From assembly GCA_963737655.1 (NCBI GenBank), contig CAVTTN010000002.1, positions 7,296,001-7,360,000 on the forward strand: a stretch of 64,000 nt of DNA. The letters run 5' to 3'. The position numbers and the translations under genes are program-made. Below, in pieces: positions 41,187-50,225 of this stretch (position 1 is its first letter; each line of letters begins with the position of its first letter). The notes beneath the pieces were generated by a model. The model searched no databases, had not been told where the DNA came from, and worked only from the letters and a program-made list of their open reading frames with translations. Origin of the DNA: an uncultured Planctomycetota bacterium. Lineage in GTDB: Bacteria; Planctomycetota; Planctomycetia; Isosphaerales; Isosphaeraceae.

Positions 41187-42207
41187 GGCGAGGTCTCCGC
41201 CAGGTCGAGCCGTCGGGCGACTCGCCGATCTCGCTGGCGGGCCCAGGCCCGCCATTCCGAGCCGAGCCAGGCCCGGAACCTCGGCTCGGCCACCAGGCGG
41301 CCCCCGGCGGCCGAGGCGATCGCGTCGAGCCGGGCGAGGTCGACGGGCCGGGGCGGCTCCTCGAACGCCGAGAGCAGCCAGGCCCGGCTCTCCGGCTCCG
41401 GCGCCACCTGCCGGGCCAGGATCGCCAGCAGCTCCTCGCCGTCGGCCTTCGCCTTCATCCTCGCGATCGAGGCCGGCGGCCACGGCGGAGGCTCGCCGAG
41501 CAGGGAGAGCGACGGCCCGGAAGACGGGACCGATTCCAGGGCGATCCGGGCCTGGCGAAGCTCCGGGCCGGCGTCCACGAGCGAGGTCTCGAGCAGGGTC
41601 GCCAGCAGGACCTCGGCCCGAGGCCGGACCTTCGCCGCGGGAGGAGCGCCGATCCGATAGGATTCGGCCACCGCCGAGACGAACGCCCGCGAAGCCTCCG
41701 AATCCGAGGCCAGTCCCACCCCTTCGATCGCCTTCGGGGTCGGGCCTCGGGCCCGCGATCGGACGAGCGAAACCGCGCGGCCTCCCGGACGAGCTCGGCA
41801 TACTCGGAGGCGAAGTCCGGGGCGTCCAGCAGCCTCCTCGCCGCCGAGTCGGTGGAGGGCTGCCCGATTGATGGGAATTCCTCGATCTCAACGGCCTTCC
41901 AGCCTCCGGGAAGCCGGCCCGCGTCGTCCGCCAGGCGATACGAGGCGAGCGGCCCGCCGAGGATGGCATCGATTCGCGTCGGATGATCCAGGACGCGGCA
42001 CGGATCGGCGCCCGGATCGACGCGAATCCATCGGATCGCGACGCCACGAGCCCGGGCCGCCGTTTCGATCGTCGAGCACTCCGGGCGGGGCCGGTTGGTC
42101 GCGACGATCAGGCGATCGCCGGCCGGTCGCGAGCAACCGACGAGAAGGATCACGATCCCCGAGAAAAGTGGGACTCGCCGACCGATCCGGGCGTCCCGGA
42201 TCGGCAT
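41183..42207 (-). CDS. Lipoprotein, probable divergent ABC substrate-binding protein (apparent frameshift about 41740)
   Basis: Lipobox LLVGC; ORFs 41455..42291 and 41183..41719 join into one about 340 aa protein directly upstream of the ATPase. Confidence 0.55.
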
Positions 42208-42271
42208 GCCCACGCCTTCGTGGGCCTGCCTTCGCCTTTTGCGGGCATGCCCACGAAGGCGAGGGCATGCC
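42203..42271. repeat. Inverted doublet of GGCATGCCCACG hairpins (REP-like)
   Basis: GGCATGCCCACG-CCTT-CGTGGGCCTGCC and GGCATGCCCACG-AAGG-CGAGGGCATGCC. Confidence 0.7.
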
Positions 42272-42287
42272 CCCCGGAGCCTCGCCA

Positions 42288-44186
42288 TCAATTCCTCGAC
42301 CCCGAGCTCGGCCGGGTGCCGAGGGTGACCTTGAGGGTCTCTTCCTTGCCGTCTCGCTTGACGACGACCTCGACCGTCTCGCCCGGCTTGTGGCTGGACA
42401 GGGCGTTCATGTACGTGTCGATGTCCTTCACGTCCTTGCCGCCGAACTTGACGATCACGTCGCCGCCCTTCAGGCCGCCCTTGGCCGCGGGGCTGTCGTC
42501 GTTCACGCCTTCGAGCTTCACGCCGCCGCCGTCGGGGCTGTCGGCGTAGTTCGGACGGGTGCCGAGGTAGGCCGACGACCCGCTCCGGCTCGCCCCTCCG
42601 CCGAGGATCGGTCCCCGGCCGAGCTTCTGGAACTTCGGCCGTTCCGGCCGGCGGATCAGGTCGAGCAGGAGCAGCTCGCCGAGGTCCGCCACCCTGGCCA
42701 TTCCCGGGAAGTTGATCTTGTCCGTGTCGTCGCTCGGGCGGTGATAGTCGGCGTGGGTGCCGGTGAAGAAGAAGAGGACCGGGATGTCCTTCATGTAGAA
42801 CGAGGCGTGGTCGCTGGCGAAGAATTCGCCCTGGGTCCCGACGATGTTCTTGGCGTTCAGGCCCTGGTCCTTCGCCAGGGACTCCACCAGGACATCCCAG
42901 CCGGGGCTGGTGCCGCTGCCGAAGACGGTCAGCTCGCTCTTGTCGTTCAGCCGGCCGACCATGTCGAAATTGATCATGGCCACCGTCTTATCCAGCGGGA
43001 ACAGCGGGTGATTGGCGTAGTATGCGGAGCCGATCAGCCCGCGCTCCTCGGCCGAGAAGGCCATGAAGACCACCCGGCGGGGCAGGGGGTCGCGGCGGGC
43101 GGCCAGGCGGCGGGCCATCTCCATGACGGTGGCGGTGCCCGAGGCGTTGTCGTCGGCGCCGTTGTGGATGCTGTGATTGCCCGGGGCGAGCGAGCCGAAC
43201 CCGCCGTTGCCGACGTGGTCGTAATGGCCCCCGATCACGATCGTCTCATCGGCCAGGGGGCCGGAGCCTTCGAGGACGCCGATCACGTTCTTGACCTTCA
43301 CCGGCGAGCGATCGACGACGACCTGGGCCGACAGCGTCTCGCCTTCCAGGGCGCGGCTCCTGGGCTTCAGGTCCGAATCGATCTGCTTTTCCAGCTCGGC
43401 GATTTCGGGCTGGCCGGCGGCCTTCAGGATCTTGTCGGCGAACTCGCGGGTGACCATGAAGAAGCCGAAATCGCCGCTGGCGCCGCCCCCGGCGTCGGAG
43501 AAGCCGATCAGCTCGTCCTTGGCGTCCTTCAGGCTGAAGCCGTCGTTGACGAGCAGGACGGCCTTGGCCCCGTGCCGCGAGGCGTTGCCGGCCTTGTGGC
43601 TGAAGGTGGCCCAGGTGGTGTTCTGCTTGCCCTGGAACGGGCCCTCGGGCTTGTCCTGCTGGGGCTTCCGGCGGATGATCAGGACGGCCTTGCCCTTGAC
43701 GTCGATCCCGTCATAATCGTCGTAATCGAGCTTGCGTTCCTCGTCCTTCGCGGTGATCCCGTAGCCGGCGAAGACCACGGGCAGGTCCTTGAACTCGCCG
43801 GGTCCGCCCAGGGCGAGCGGGGTGAAGTCCACCCCGGGTCGGGCGGTGAGCTTCTCCTCCTTGTCCTTCTTCGCGACGACCTCCAGGGTCTTCGGCTCGC
43901 CGAGCTTGCGGTCCCCGGGCAGCTCGAAGTGCTGGAAATAGCCGTCGGCGCCCGGGGCGGTCTTGAGGCCGACCTCCTTGAAGGTGGTGGCGATGTAGTC
44001 GGCGGCGGCGTCGAGGCCCTTGGTGCCGGGCCCTCGGCCTTCTCGGGCGTCGTCGGCGAGATAGGCGACGTCGGCCCGGAGCCGGGCCTGCGCGGGGCTC
44101 ACATAGTCGCCCGCGAACAGGCGGATCGAAACGCAAACCAGGGCCGTCGAGGCGATCCCGAGGCGAAGGGCGCGACGCGAGAGCAT
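42288..44186 (-). CDS. Secreted M28 family aminopeptidase with PA and PDZ domains
   Basis: GGHYDH, GADDNASG, SAEE.GL.GS, NFDMVG, SDH, YH.PSD, C-terminal PDZ. Confidence 0.93.
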   Translation of the reverse strand: MLSRRALRLGIASTALVCVSIRLFAGDYVSPAQARLRADVAYLADDAREGRGPGTKGLDAAADYIATTFKEVGLKTAPGADGYFQHFELPGDRKLGEPKTLEVVAKKDKEEKLTARPGVDFTPLALGGPGEFKDLPVVFAGYGITAKDEERKLDYDDYDGIDVKGKAVLIIRRKPQQDKPEGPFQGKQNTTWATFSHKAGNASRHGAKAVLLVNDGFSLKDAKDELIGFSDAGGGASGDFGFFMVTREFADKILKAAGQPEIAELEKQIDSDLKPRSRALEGETLSAQVVVDRSPVKVKNVIGVLEGSGPLADETIVIGGHYDHVGNGGFGSLAPGNHSIHNGADDNASGTATVMEMARRLAARRDPLPRRVVFMAFSAEERGLIGSAYYANHPLFPLDKTVAMINFDMVGRLNDKSELTVFGSGTSPGWDVLVESLAKDQGLNAKNIVGTQGEFFASDHASFYMKDIPVLFFFTGTHADYHRPSDDTDKINFPGMARVADLGELLLLDLIRRPERPKFQKLGRGPILGGGASRSGSSAYLGTRPNYADSPDGGGVKLEGVNDDSPAAKGGLKGGDVIVKFGGKDVKDIDTYMNALSSHKPGETVEVVVKRDGKEETLKVTLGTRPSSGSRN

Positions 44187-44323
44187 GCGGAGGGGTCCTT
44201 TGACAAGCAGGGCGCGGGGTGCGATCCTCACGATTCTCGACCGCTCGGGGCCCTTCGTCAAGACGCGGGAGTTGCGGCTCGGTGCCGACTTGGTGTAAAT
44301 TAATTCTTACGGAGAGGCGGGGG

Positions 44324-44749
44324 ATGCTGGAGAGTTCACCACGAAGCCACGAAGGGCACGAAGGAAGACACAAAGATGAGGCCAACGCCCTCTCTCGCGC
44401 CGTCGTCGGGGCGGCGATCGAGGTCCATCGGGCCCTTGGCCCCGGATTGCTGGAATCGGCGTATCAGAAATGTCTTTGCCGCGAGTTGACGTTGCGCGGC
44501 ATTCCCTTCGATAAAGAGGTCTCGCTGCCCGTCGATTACAAGGGAATATCTCTGGATTGCGCCTATCGGCTCGATGTCGTCGTGGGGGGATGCCTGATCG
44601 TGGAGATCAAGTCGGTCGAGCCGATCCATCCGATCCATGAGTCGCAGCTCCTGACTTACCTGAAACTTTCGGCGATCTGGCTCGGTCTACTCATCAACTT
44701 CAACGTGCCGCTCCTCAAAGACGGTCTCCGTCGGTTGGTTCATGGGTGA
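44324..44749 (+). CDS. GxxExxY protein (PD-(D/E)XK nuclease superfamily)
   Basis: GAAIEVHRALGPGLLESAY, YRLDVVV, IVEIKSV, QLLTYLK, GLLINFN. Confidence 0.93.
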   Translation: MLESSPRSHEGHEGRHKDEANALSRAVVGAAIEVHRALGPGLLESAYQKCLCRELTLRGIPFDKEVSLPVDYKGISLDCAYRLDVVVGGCLIVEIKSVEPIHPIHESQLLTYLKLSAIWLGLLINFNVPLLKDGLRRLVHG

Positions 44750-44854
44750 TCGCGGGCCGGATTCCCAAGAGGGCCTCGAGGACGTAACGAGACGCCGGAA
44801 TCTCTCCTCTGTGTCCGTCATCGTGCCCTTTGTGGCTTTGTGGTGAAATCTCCA
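44328..44854. mobile_element. Inverted-repeat-bounded element enclosing most of the GxxExxY gene
   Basis: 44328-44361 matches reverse complement of 44821-44854 at 31/34 nt; CACGAAG x3. Confidence 0.6.
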
Positions 44855-44884
44855 TTCGTTCGCTCACGCAAGGGAGGTCCCGCC

Positions 44885-46204
44885 ATGCGAAGAATGCTCC
44901 TGGCCGTCGTCCTGCTCGCCCCGGCCTCGACGGCCCTGGGTCAGGGGGCGAGCTCGGCGTTGAAGGACCGCGTCGACCAGCTCGTGGAGAAGCTCGGCGC
45001 CAAGGACACCGACGCCCGGGACGCCGCCGAAAAGGCCCTCGTCGGCCTCGGCGTGAAGGTCATCCCGCTCCTGCCCGAGGGGGCGAAGGTTCCCACGGAG
45101 GACGTGGGCAAACGGCTCGAAAAGGTCAGGGCCGCCCTGGCCGAGGACGCCGAGAAGGCCAGCCTGGTGGCCTCCCGCGTGACGATCCAGGCCAAGGGCA
45201 TCCGGCTGACCGAGGCGATCAAGCAGCTCCAGTCGCAGACCGGCAACGCCATCAGCGACCTGCGCGAGGCCAACGGCGAGGAGGTCACCAATCCCGCCTT
45301 CGACCTGGAGGTGCTCGACAAGCCGTTCTTCGAGGCCCTGGACCTCGTGGCCAAGCAGGCCGGGATCACCCTGAACTTCTACACCGGCGACGGCTCCATC
45401 GGCATCATGACCGGCGGGATGATGATGGAGGGCCAGGCCGCCGACGCGGCGAAGGAGACGAAGCCGCCGGCCGAGCCCATGGTCCTCTATCCCGGCCCGT
45501 TCCGCGTGCAGCTCAAGCAATACGCCTCGGCCCGCGATTACTCGACCGGCGCGGCCACCGCGAATGCCCAGTTCGAGATCGCCTGGGAGCCCCGCTTGCG
45601 CCCGATGCTCCTGGGGATGAAGGCCGCCGACCTGAAGATCGTGGATGACCTGGGCAACGAGGTCAAGCCGACGGTGACCGACGAATCGGGCAACGTCGTC
45701 CTCCGCCCCGAGAACCCGGTGGCCGAGGTGAACGTGAACATGATGGCGCCCGACCGCAAGGCCCAGGCGATCAAGTCCCTCAAATTCAAGGCCGACGTGA
45801 CCATCCCGGCCGGCCTCCGCACGTTCAAGTTCCCCTCGCTCTCGGCGAAGAACGCGACGGTCACGCAAGGCGACGTCGCGGTGACCCTCGAATCGGCCGA
45901 GGTCGATGAGCAGGTCTGGAAGGTCAACGTCCTGCTCGCCATGCCCGGCGAGGGCCCGGCGTTCGAGTCGTACCGCCAGGGCCTGTTCAACAACCGGATC
46001 TGGCTCCAGAAGGCCGACGGCACCCGGTTCGAGCACAACGGCGGCTTCTCCAACACCGCCAGCGACGGCGGCAAGCTCGGCTTCGAGTACCTCTTCGTGG
46101 ACGTCCCCGGCAAGCTCGCCGGCTACGGGTTCGTGTACGAGACGCCCAGCAAGGTGCTGACCATCCCCCTGGAATTCGAGCTCAAGGACGTGCCGTTGCC
46201 CTGA
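44885..46204 (+). CDS. Secreted hypothetical protein (HEAT-like N-terminus, STN-like modules)
   Basis: GGAGG RBS, signal peptide, RDAAEKAL helix pair, VTIQAKGIRLTEAIKQL and KPFFEALDLV segments. Confidence 0.75.
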   Translation: MRRMLLAVVLLAPASTALGQGASSALKDRVDQLVEKLGAKDTDARDAAEKALVGLGVKVIPLLPEGAKVPTEDVGKRLEKVRAALAEDAEKASLVASRVTIQAKGIRLTEAIKQLQSQTGNAISDLREANGEEVTNPAFDLEVLDKPFFEALDLVAKQAGITLNFYTGDGSIGIMTGGMMMEGQAADAAKETKPPAEPMVLYPGPFRVQLKQYASARDYSTGAATANAQFEIAWEPRLRPMLLGMKAADLKIVDDLGNEVKPTVTDESGNVVLRPENPVAEVNVNMMAPDRKAQAIKSLKFKADVTIPAGLRTFKFPSLSAKNATVTQGDVAVTLESAEVDEQVWKVNVLLAMPGEGPAFESYRQGLFNNRIWLQKADGTRFEHNGGFSNTASDGGKLGFEYLFVDVPGKLAGYGFVYETPSKVLTIPLEFELKDVPLP

Positions 46205-46370
46205 TCGCCGACCCGCCACCCGGAGATTCAGGACCGATTCCTTCACGGCTCGCCCCGGGAAGGGGACGGGCTCCGGGTGGACTCGCCCGCAGCCCGTCCC
46301 CGTTGCCCCGACCGACATGGCGGGGAACCCACCCCCTTGACCCGGCGGCCCGCCCGGACTATATTCGGTC

Positions 46371-46721
46371 ATGCGAATTCAGGCGGCGGAGACGATCGAC
46401 GGCTCGGCGCGTCTGATGAAGGCCCTGTCGGACCCCGTCCGCCTTCGTTTGCTGAACCTCCTGGCCGGTCGCGAGGTCTGCGTCTGCCACTTGCACGAGG
46501 CCCTGGGCCTCCCTCAGCCGACGGTCTCTCGCCACCTGGCATCCCTCAGGAAATCGGGCCTGGTCGCCTTCCGCAAGGACGGCCTCTGGGTCCACTACCG
46601 GCTCGCCCCGCCGAGGAACGACCTTCATCGGGCGATCCTCGACGCCGTCCTGGCCTGCGTCGGCGTCGGCCCGATCCCCGACGCCGACCGGGCCCGTCTC
46701 GATCGCCTGACCTGCTGCTGA
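46371..46721 (+). CDS. arsR: ArsR family transcriptional repressor
   Basis: KALSDPVRL, EVCVCHL, QPTVSRHL, C-terminal CC. Confidence 0.92.
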   Translation: MRIQAAETIDGSARLMKALSDPVRLRLLNLLAGREVCVCHLHEALGLPQPTVSRHLASLRKSGLVAFRKDGLWVHYRLAPPRNDLHRAILDAVLACVGVGPIPDADRARLDRLTCC

Positions 46722-46796
46722 GCCGGAGGGGACGTCCCCCCCGGCGCTTGTCTCGTCCCTTATATTCGCCTGGACCCATATAGAAAGAGGACGACG

Positions 46797-47570
46797 ATGG
46801 ACGGAGATGGCCTGAAGCTGGCGGTGGTCTCGCGATATGCCGAGGTCGCCGAGGGTTCGGCGACGTGCGGGTCGCTCTGCGGATGCACCGAGAACGCCGA
46901 GGGGCTGGCCCTGGCGTTCGGCTACTCGGCCGAGGAGCTGGCGACGTTGCCCGAGGGGGCGAACCTCGGCCTCTCGTGCGGGAACCCGCAGATCCTGGCC
47001 GAGCTGAAGCCGGGCGAGATCGTGCTGGACCTCGGCAGCGGGGCGGGGTTCGACGTCCTGCTCGCCGCGAAGAAGGTCGGGCCCTCGGGCCGGGCCCTGG
47101 GCGTGGACATGACCGACGCCATGCTCGCCAAGGCCAGGGCCAACGCCGAGACCCTGGGCGCCGACAACGTCGAGTTCCGCAAGGGGGACATCGAGGCCCT
47201 GCCGATCGACGACGGATCGGTGGATGTGGTCATGTCCAACTGCGTCCTGAACCTCGTCCCGGACAAGGACCGCGCCTTCCGGGAGGTCGTCCGCGTCCTG
47301 AAGCCCGGAGGCCGGATGGCGATCTCCGACATGGCCTGGGCCGTCGAGCCCGAGCCGTCGGTCCGGGCGGACCTGGAGGCGATCGTCGGATGCATCGGCG
47401 GGGCCCTGGTGCTCGACGACTTCCTCGCCCGCTTGAAGGCGGCGGGCTTCGGGTCGATCGAGGTCGAAATGCACCCGGAGGCAGCCCGAGCCATGATCGA
47501 GGTCTCGGGGACGACCCCACCTCCGGGCGCGGAGCATCTCATGAGCGTGAACATCAAGGCCATCAAGTAA
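46797..47570 (+). CDS. arsM: Arsenite S-adenosylmethionine methyltransferase
   Basis: LGLSCGNP, LDLGSGAGFD, SNCVLNL, GCIGGA conserved Cys; downstream of arsR. Confidence 0.88.
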   Translation: MDGDGLKLAVVSRYAEVAEGSATCGSLCGCTENAEGLALAFGYSAEELATLPEGANLGLSCGNPQILAELKPGEIVLDLGSGAGFDVLLAAKKVGPSGRALGVDMTDAMLAKARANAETLGADNVEFRKGDIEALPIDDGSVDVVMSNCVLNLVPDKDRAFREVVRVLKPGGRMAISDMAWAVEPEPSVRADLEAIVGCIGGALVLDDFLARLKAAGFGSIEVEMHPEAARAMIEVSGTTPPPGAEHLMSVNIKAIK

Positions 47571-47585
47571 CCGAGGACTCCACCG

Positions 47586-48549
47586 ATGCAAGGCATTTTA
47601 CTCGCGGCGGCCCTGTTCGCCGCCCCCGAGGCGCCCGACCCCGGCCCTCTCGTCCGTGCTTTGTGGCTCGTCCAGGCCCGGGGGACGCCCTGGGCGATCG
47701 ACCCGTCTCACGATTCTTCGGTCAAGGGCCGGCTCGCGAAGGGGCTGGACAAGGACCGAACGCTCACCCTGGCCGAGATGGAGGGCCTGATGACGCCGGA
47801 TGCCTTCGGCAAGCTCGCCGGGCCCGACGGCCGGATCGACGCGGCCGAGGCTCGCGAAACTCGATGCGGCGCTCGTGCCCGAGTCCCGATCACGGCTCCT
47901 CCCGGCGGTCCGCAATCATGCCGACGTGCTGACCACGGCGTTCGACCTGATCGACGAGCCGCATCGCGAGGCCGGGGCGACGCTGGCCGACTGGATCGTC
48001 AAGAACTATCGGCCCGGGTCGAAGCTGGACGTGATCGTGGTCTGCACCGGCAATTCGCGACGGAGCATCCTCGGCGCGACGATGGGGAACATCGCGGCCG
48101 ATTATTACGGGTTGCCCGAGGTCCGGTTTCACAGCGGAGGGACCGCCCCGAGCGCTTTTAATTCGCGGACGATCGCGGCCCTCCGCGAGATCGGCGTCGA
48201 GGTGGATCCGACCGGCGAGGAGGCCCCTCGCGGCGAGCCGAAGACGGCGAATCCGAAATCGCGGATTCGCTGGGGGACGTCCGGCGCCGAGGCGATCGAG
48301 TTCTCGAAGCGGTACGACGACCCGAGCAACCCAAAAGCCGGGTTCGCGGCGCTGATGGTCTGCTCCGAGGCCGATTCGGCCTGCCCGAACGTCAAGGGGG
48401 CGTCGTTGAGGATCTCGATGCCGTACCTCGACCCCAAGATCTATGACGGAGGGGCCTACGAATCGGCCAAGTACGCCGAAAGGCGCGACGACATCGGCCG
48501 GTTGATGCTCTCGGTGATGATGCAGGCGAAGAACCGGATCGCCCTGTAG
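47586..48549 (+). CDS. LMW-PTP/ArsC-like protein with N-terminal signal and EF-hand-like extension (apparent +1 base about 47850)
   Basis: VCTGNSRRS P-loop, SGGT, MVCSEADSACP, YLDPK; ORFs 47586 and 47800 join. Confidence 0.8.
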
Positions 48550-48730
48550 GGTGCATGAAATGCACCATCTTCGATTCATAAAATGGTCGAAGCTGGTGCA
48601 TTTCATGCATCCTACTCGTGTCGGCGATGATGCAGGCGAGGGACCGGATCGCCCTGTAGGGTGCATGAAATGCACCATCTTCGATTCATAGAATGATCGA
48701 AGATGGTGCATTTCATGCACCCTACTCGTG
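48511..48730. repeat. Two 110-bp tandem units each carrying a 70-bp GTAG REPIN
   Basis: GTAGGGTGCATGAAATGCACC...GGTGCATTTCATGCAYCCTAC at 48546-48615 and 48656-48725. Confidence 0.9.
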
Positions 48731-50134
48731 GTCGTCGGCGGTGAGCTTGAACAGGGAACGGTCGAGCGCGTATTTCTGCAATTTTTGTGTGACGCTTCGC
48801 CGGGAGAGGCCGGAGTGCTTCGCGCACCTCGCGACGTTCCCTCGATAACGCACCAGGAGCTGGGCGAAGTATTCGCGTTCGACCTGGCCGATGAGGTCGT
48901 CGGTCAGCTCGGGCAAAGGGCGTTCGATGTCGATCGGCGAGCCGGCCCCTCTCCGGGCATGGGGCGGCGCGACCGTCGCCGGGAGGGCGTCTCGCATGAG
49001 GATGGTGCCGTCGGCCATCGCCACGGCGGCCTTGATGGCGTTCTCCAGCTCGCGGACGTTGCCCGGCCAGGCGTGGTCGAGCAGCGCCTGCATGGCCTCG
49101 TGGTGGATGTCCGTCACGGGAGGCGTGCTCTTGGTCGTCAGCCGTTCGAGGAAGTGGGCCGCGAGCAACGGGACGTCCTCGGGCCGGTCGCGCAACGGCG
49201 GCAGGTCGATCCGCACGACGCTCAGGCGATAGAACAGGTCGGAGCGGAACCGCCCGGCCTTCACCTCGTCTTCGAGCCTCTTGTTCGTCGCGGCGATCAC
49301 CCGGCAATCGACGCGGGTCGTCTCCTCGCCGCCGACCCGCTCGAAGCCGCCGGTCTGGAGGACGCGGAGCATCCTCACCTGCATGGCCGGGGAGATGTCG
49401 CCGATCTCGTCCAGGAACAGCGTCCCGCCGTCGGCCAGCTCGAACTTGCCTTTCTTCTTGCGGTCGGCGCCGGTGAAGGCGCCCCGCTCGTGGCCGAACA
49501 GCTCGGACTCGACCAGGGATTCGGTCAGCGCCGCGCAGTTGAAGGCGACCCAGGGGCCGTTGCGACGGGGGCCGGCGGCGTGGATGGCCCGGGCGACGAG
49601 CTCCTTGCCCGTCCCGGTCTCTCCGTGGATCAGGACCGTCGAATCGTGGGGGCCGACCTGCTCGATCAGGTCGAACACCCTCCGCATCTTCGGGCTCTTG
49701 GAGACCATCTCGTGGACCCGGTAATCCTCGCGGAGCCGCTTGCGGAGCGATTCCAGCTCGTCGACGAGCCGGCGCCTCTCCAGGATCCGGCGGACGAGGA
49801 ACCGGAGGTGGTCGGGTTCGATCGGCTTGGAGACGAAGTCGTCGGCGCCGGCCTTCATGGCGTCCAGGGCGATCGAGGTATCGCCGAACGCGGTGAGGAC
49901 GATGATCCCGAACGGCAGGCGCTCGGCGCGGGCCGTGACCAGGAGCTCCAGGCCGCTGAGGTCCGGCAGCTTCAAGTCGGTGATCATAAGGTTGAAGGGG
50001 CGCGACCGGGCGGCGTCGAGGGCCGATCGCCCGTCCTCGGCCGTCTCGACCTCGAAGCCGTCCAGGCCCAGGAGGACGCGGAGGTGCTCTCGGGTCAGGG
50101 GTTCGTCGTCCACCACCAGGATTCGCGGGTTCAT
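48722..50134 (-). CDS. Sigma-54 dependent response regulator (NtrC/AtoC family)
   Basis: Receiver ILVVDDE; GETGTGKE, ESELFGHERGAFTGA, WPGNVREL, Fis-type HTH. Confidence 0.95.
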   Translation of the reverse strand: MNPRILVVDDEPLTREHLRVLLGLDGFEVETAEDGRSALDAARSRPFNLMITDLKLPDLSGLELLVTARAERLPFGIIVLTAFGDTSIALDAMKAGADDFVSKPIEPDHLRFLVRRILERRRLVDELESLRKRLREDYRVHEMVSKSPKMRRVFDLIEQVGPHDSTVLIHGETGTGKELVARAIHAAGPRRNGPWVAFNCAALTESLVESELFGHERGAFTGADRKKKGKFELADGGTLFLDEIGDISPAMQVRMLRVLQTGGFERVGGEETTRVDCRVIAATNKRLEDEVKAGRFRSDLFYRLSVVRIDLPPLRDRPEDVPLLAAHFLERLTTKSTPPVTDIHHEAMQALLDHAWPGNVRELENAIKAAVAMADGTILMRDALPATVAPPHARRGAGSPIDIERPLPELTDDLIGQVEREYFAQLLVRYRGNVARCAKHSGLSRRSVTQKLQKYALDRSLFKLTADDHE

Positions 50135-50225
50135 CGCGGCGGGCCTCCATGTCCCTGGGATCATTCGCTTCGGTGAGGGTCCATCCGGGCCGGCGGGGGG
50201 GATCGGGCGTCGATCCCGGTTCGGA

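Noticed and set aside
48511..48730. CRISPR array
   Set aside because: Only two units, the intervening sequence is itself duplicated gene end rather than unique spacer, and no cas genes are present; it fits a REPIN duplication.
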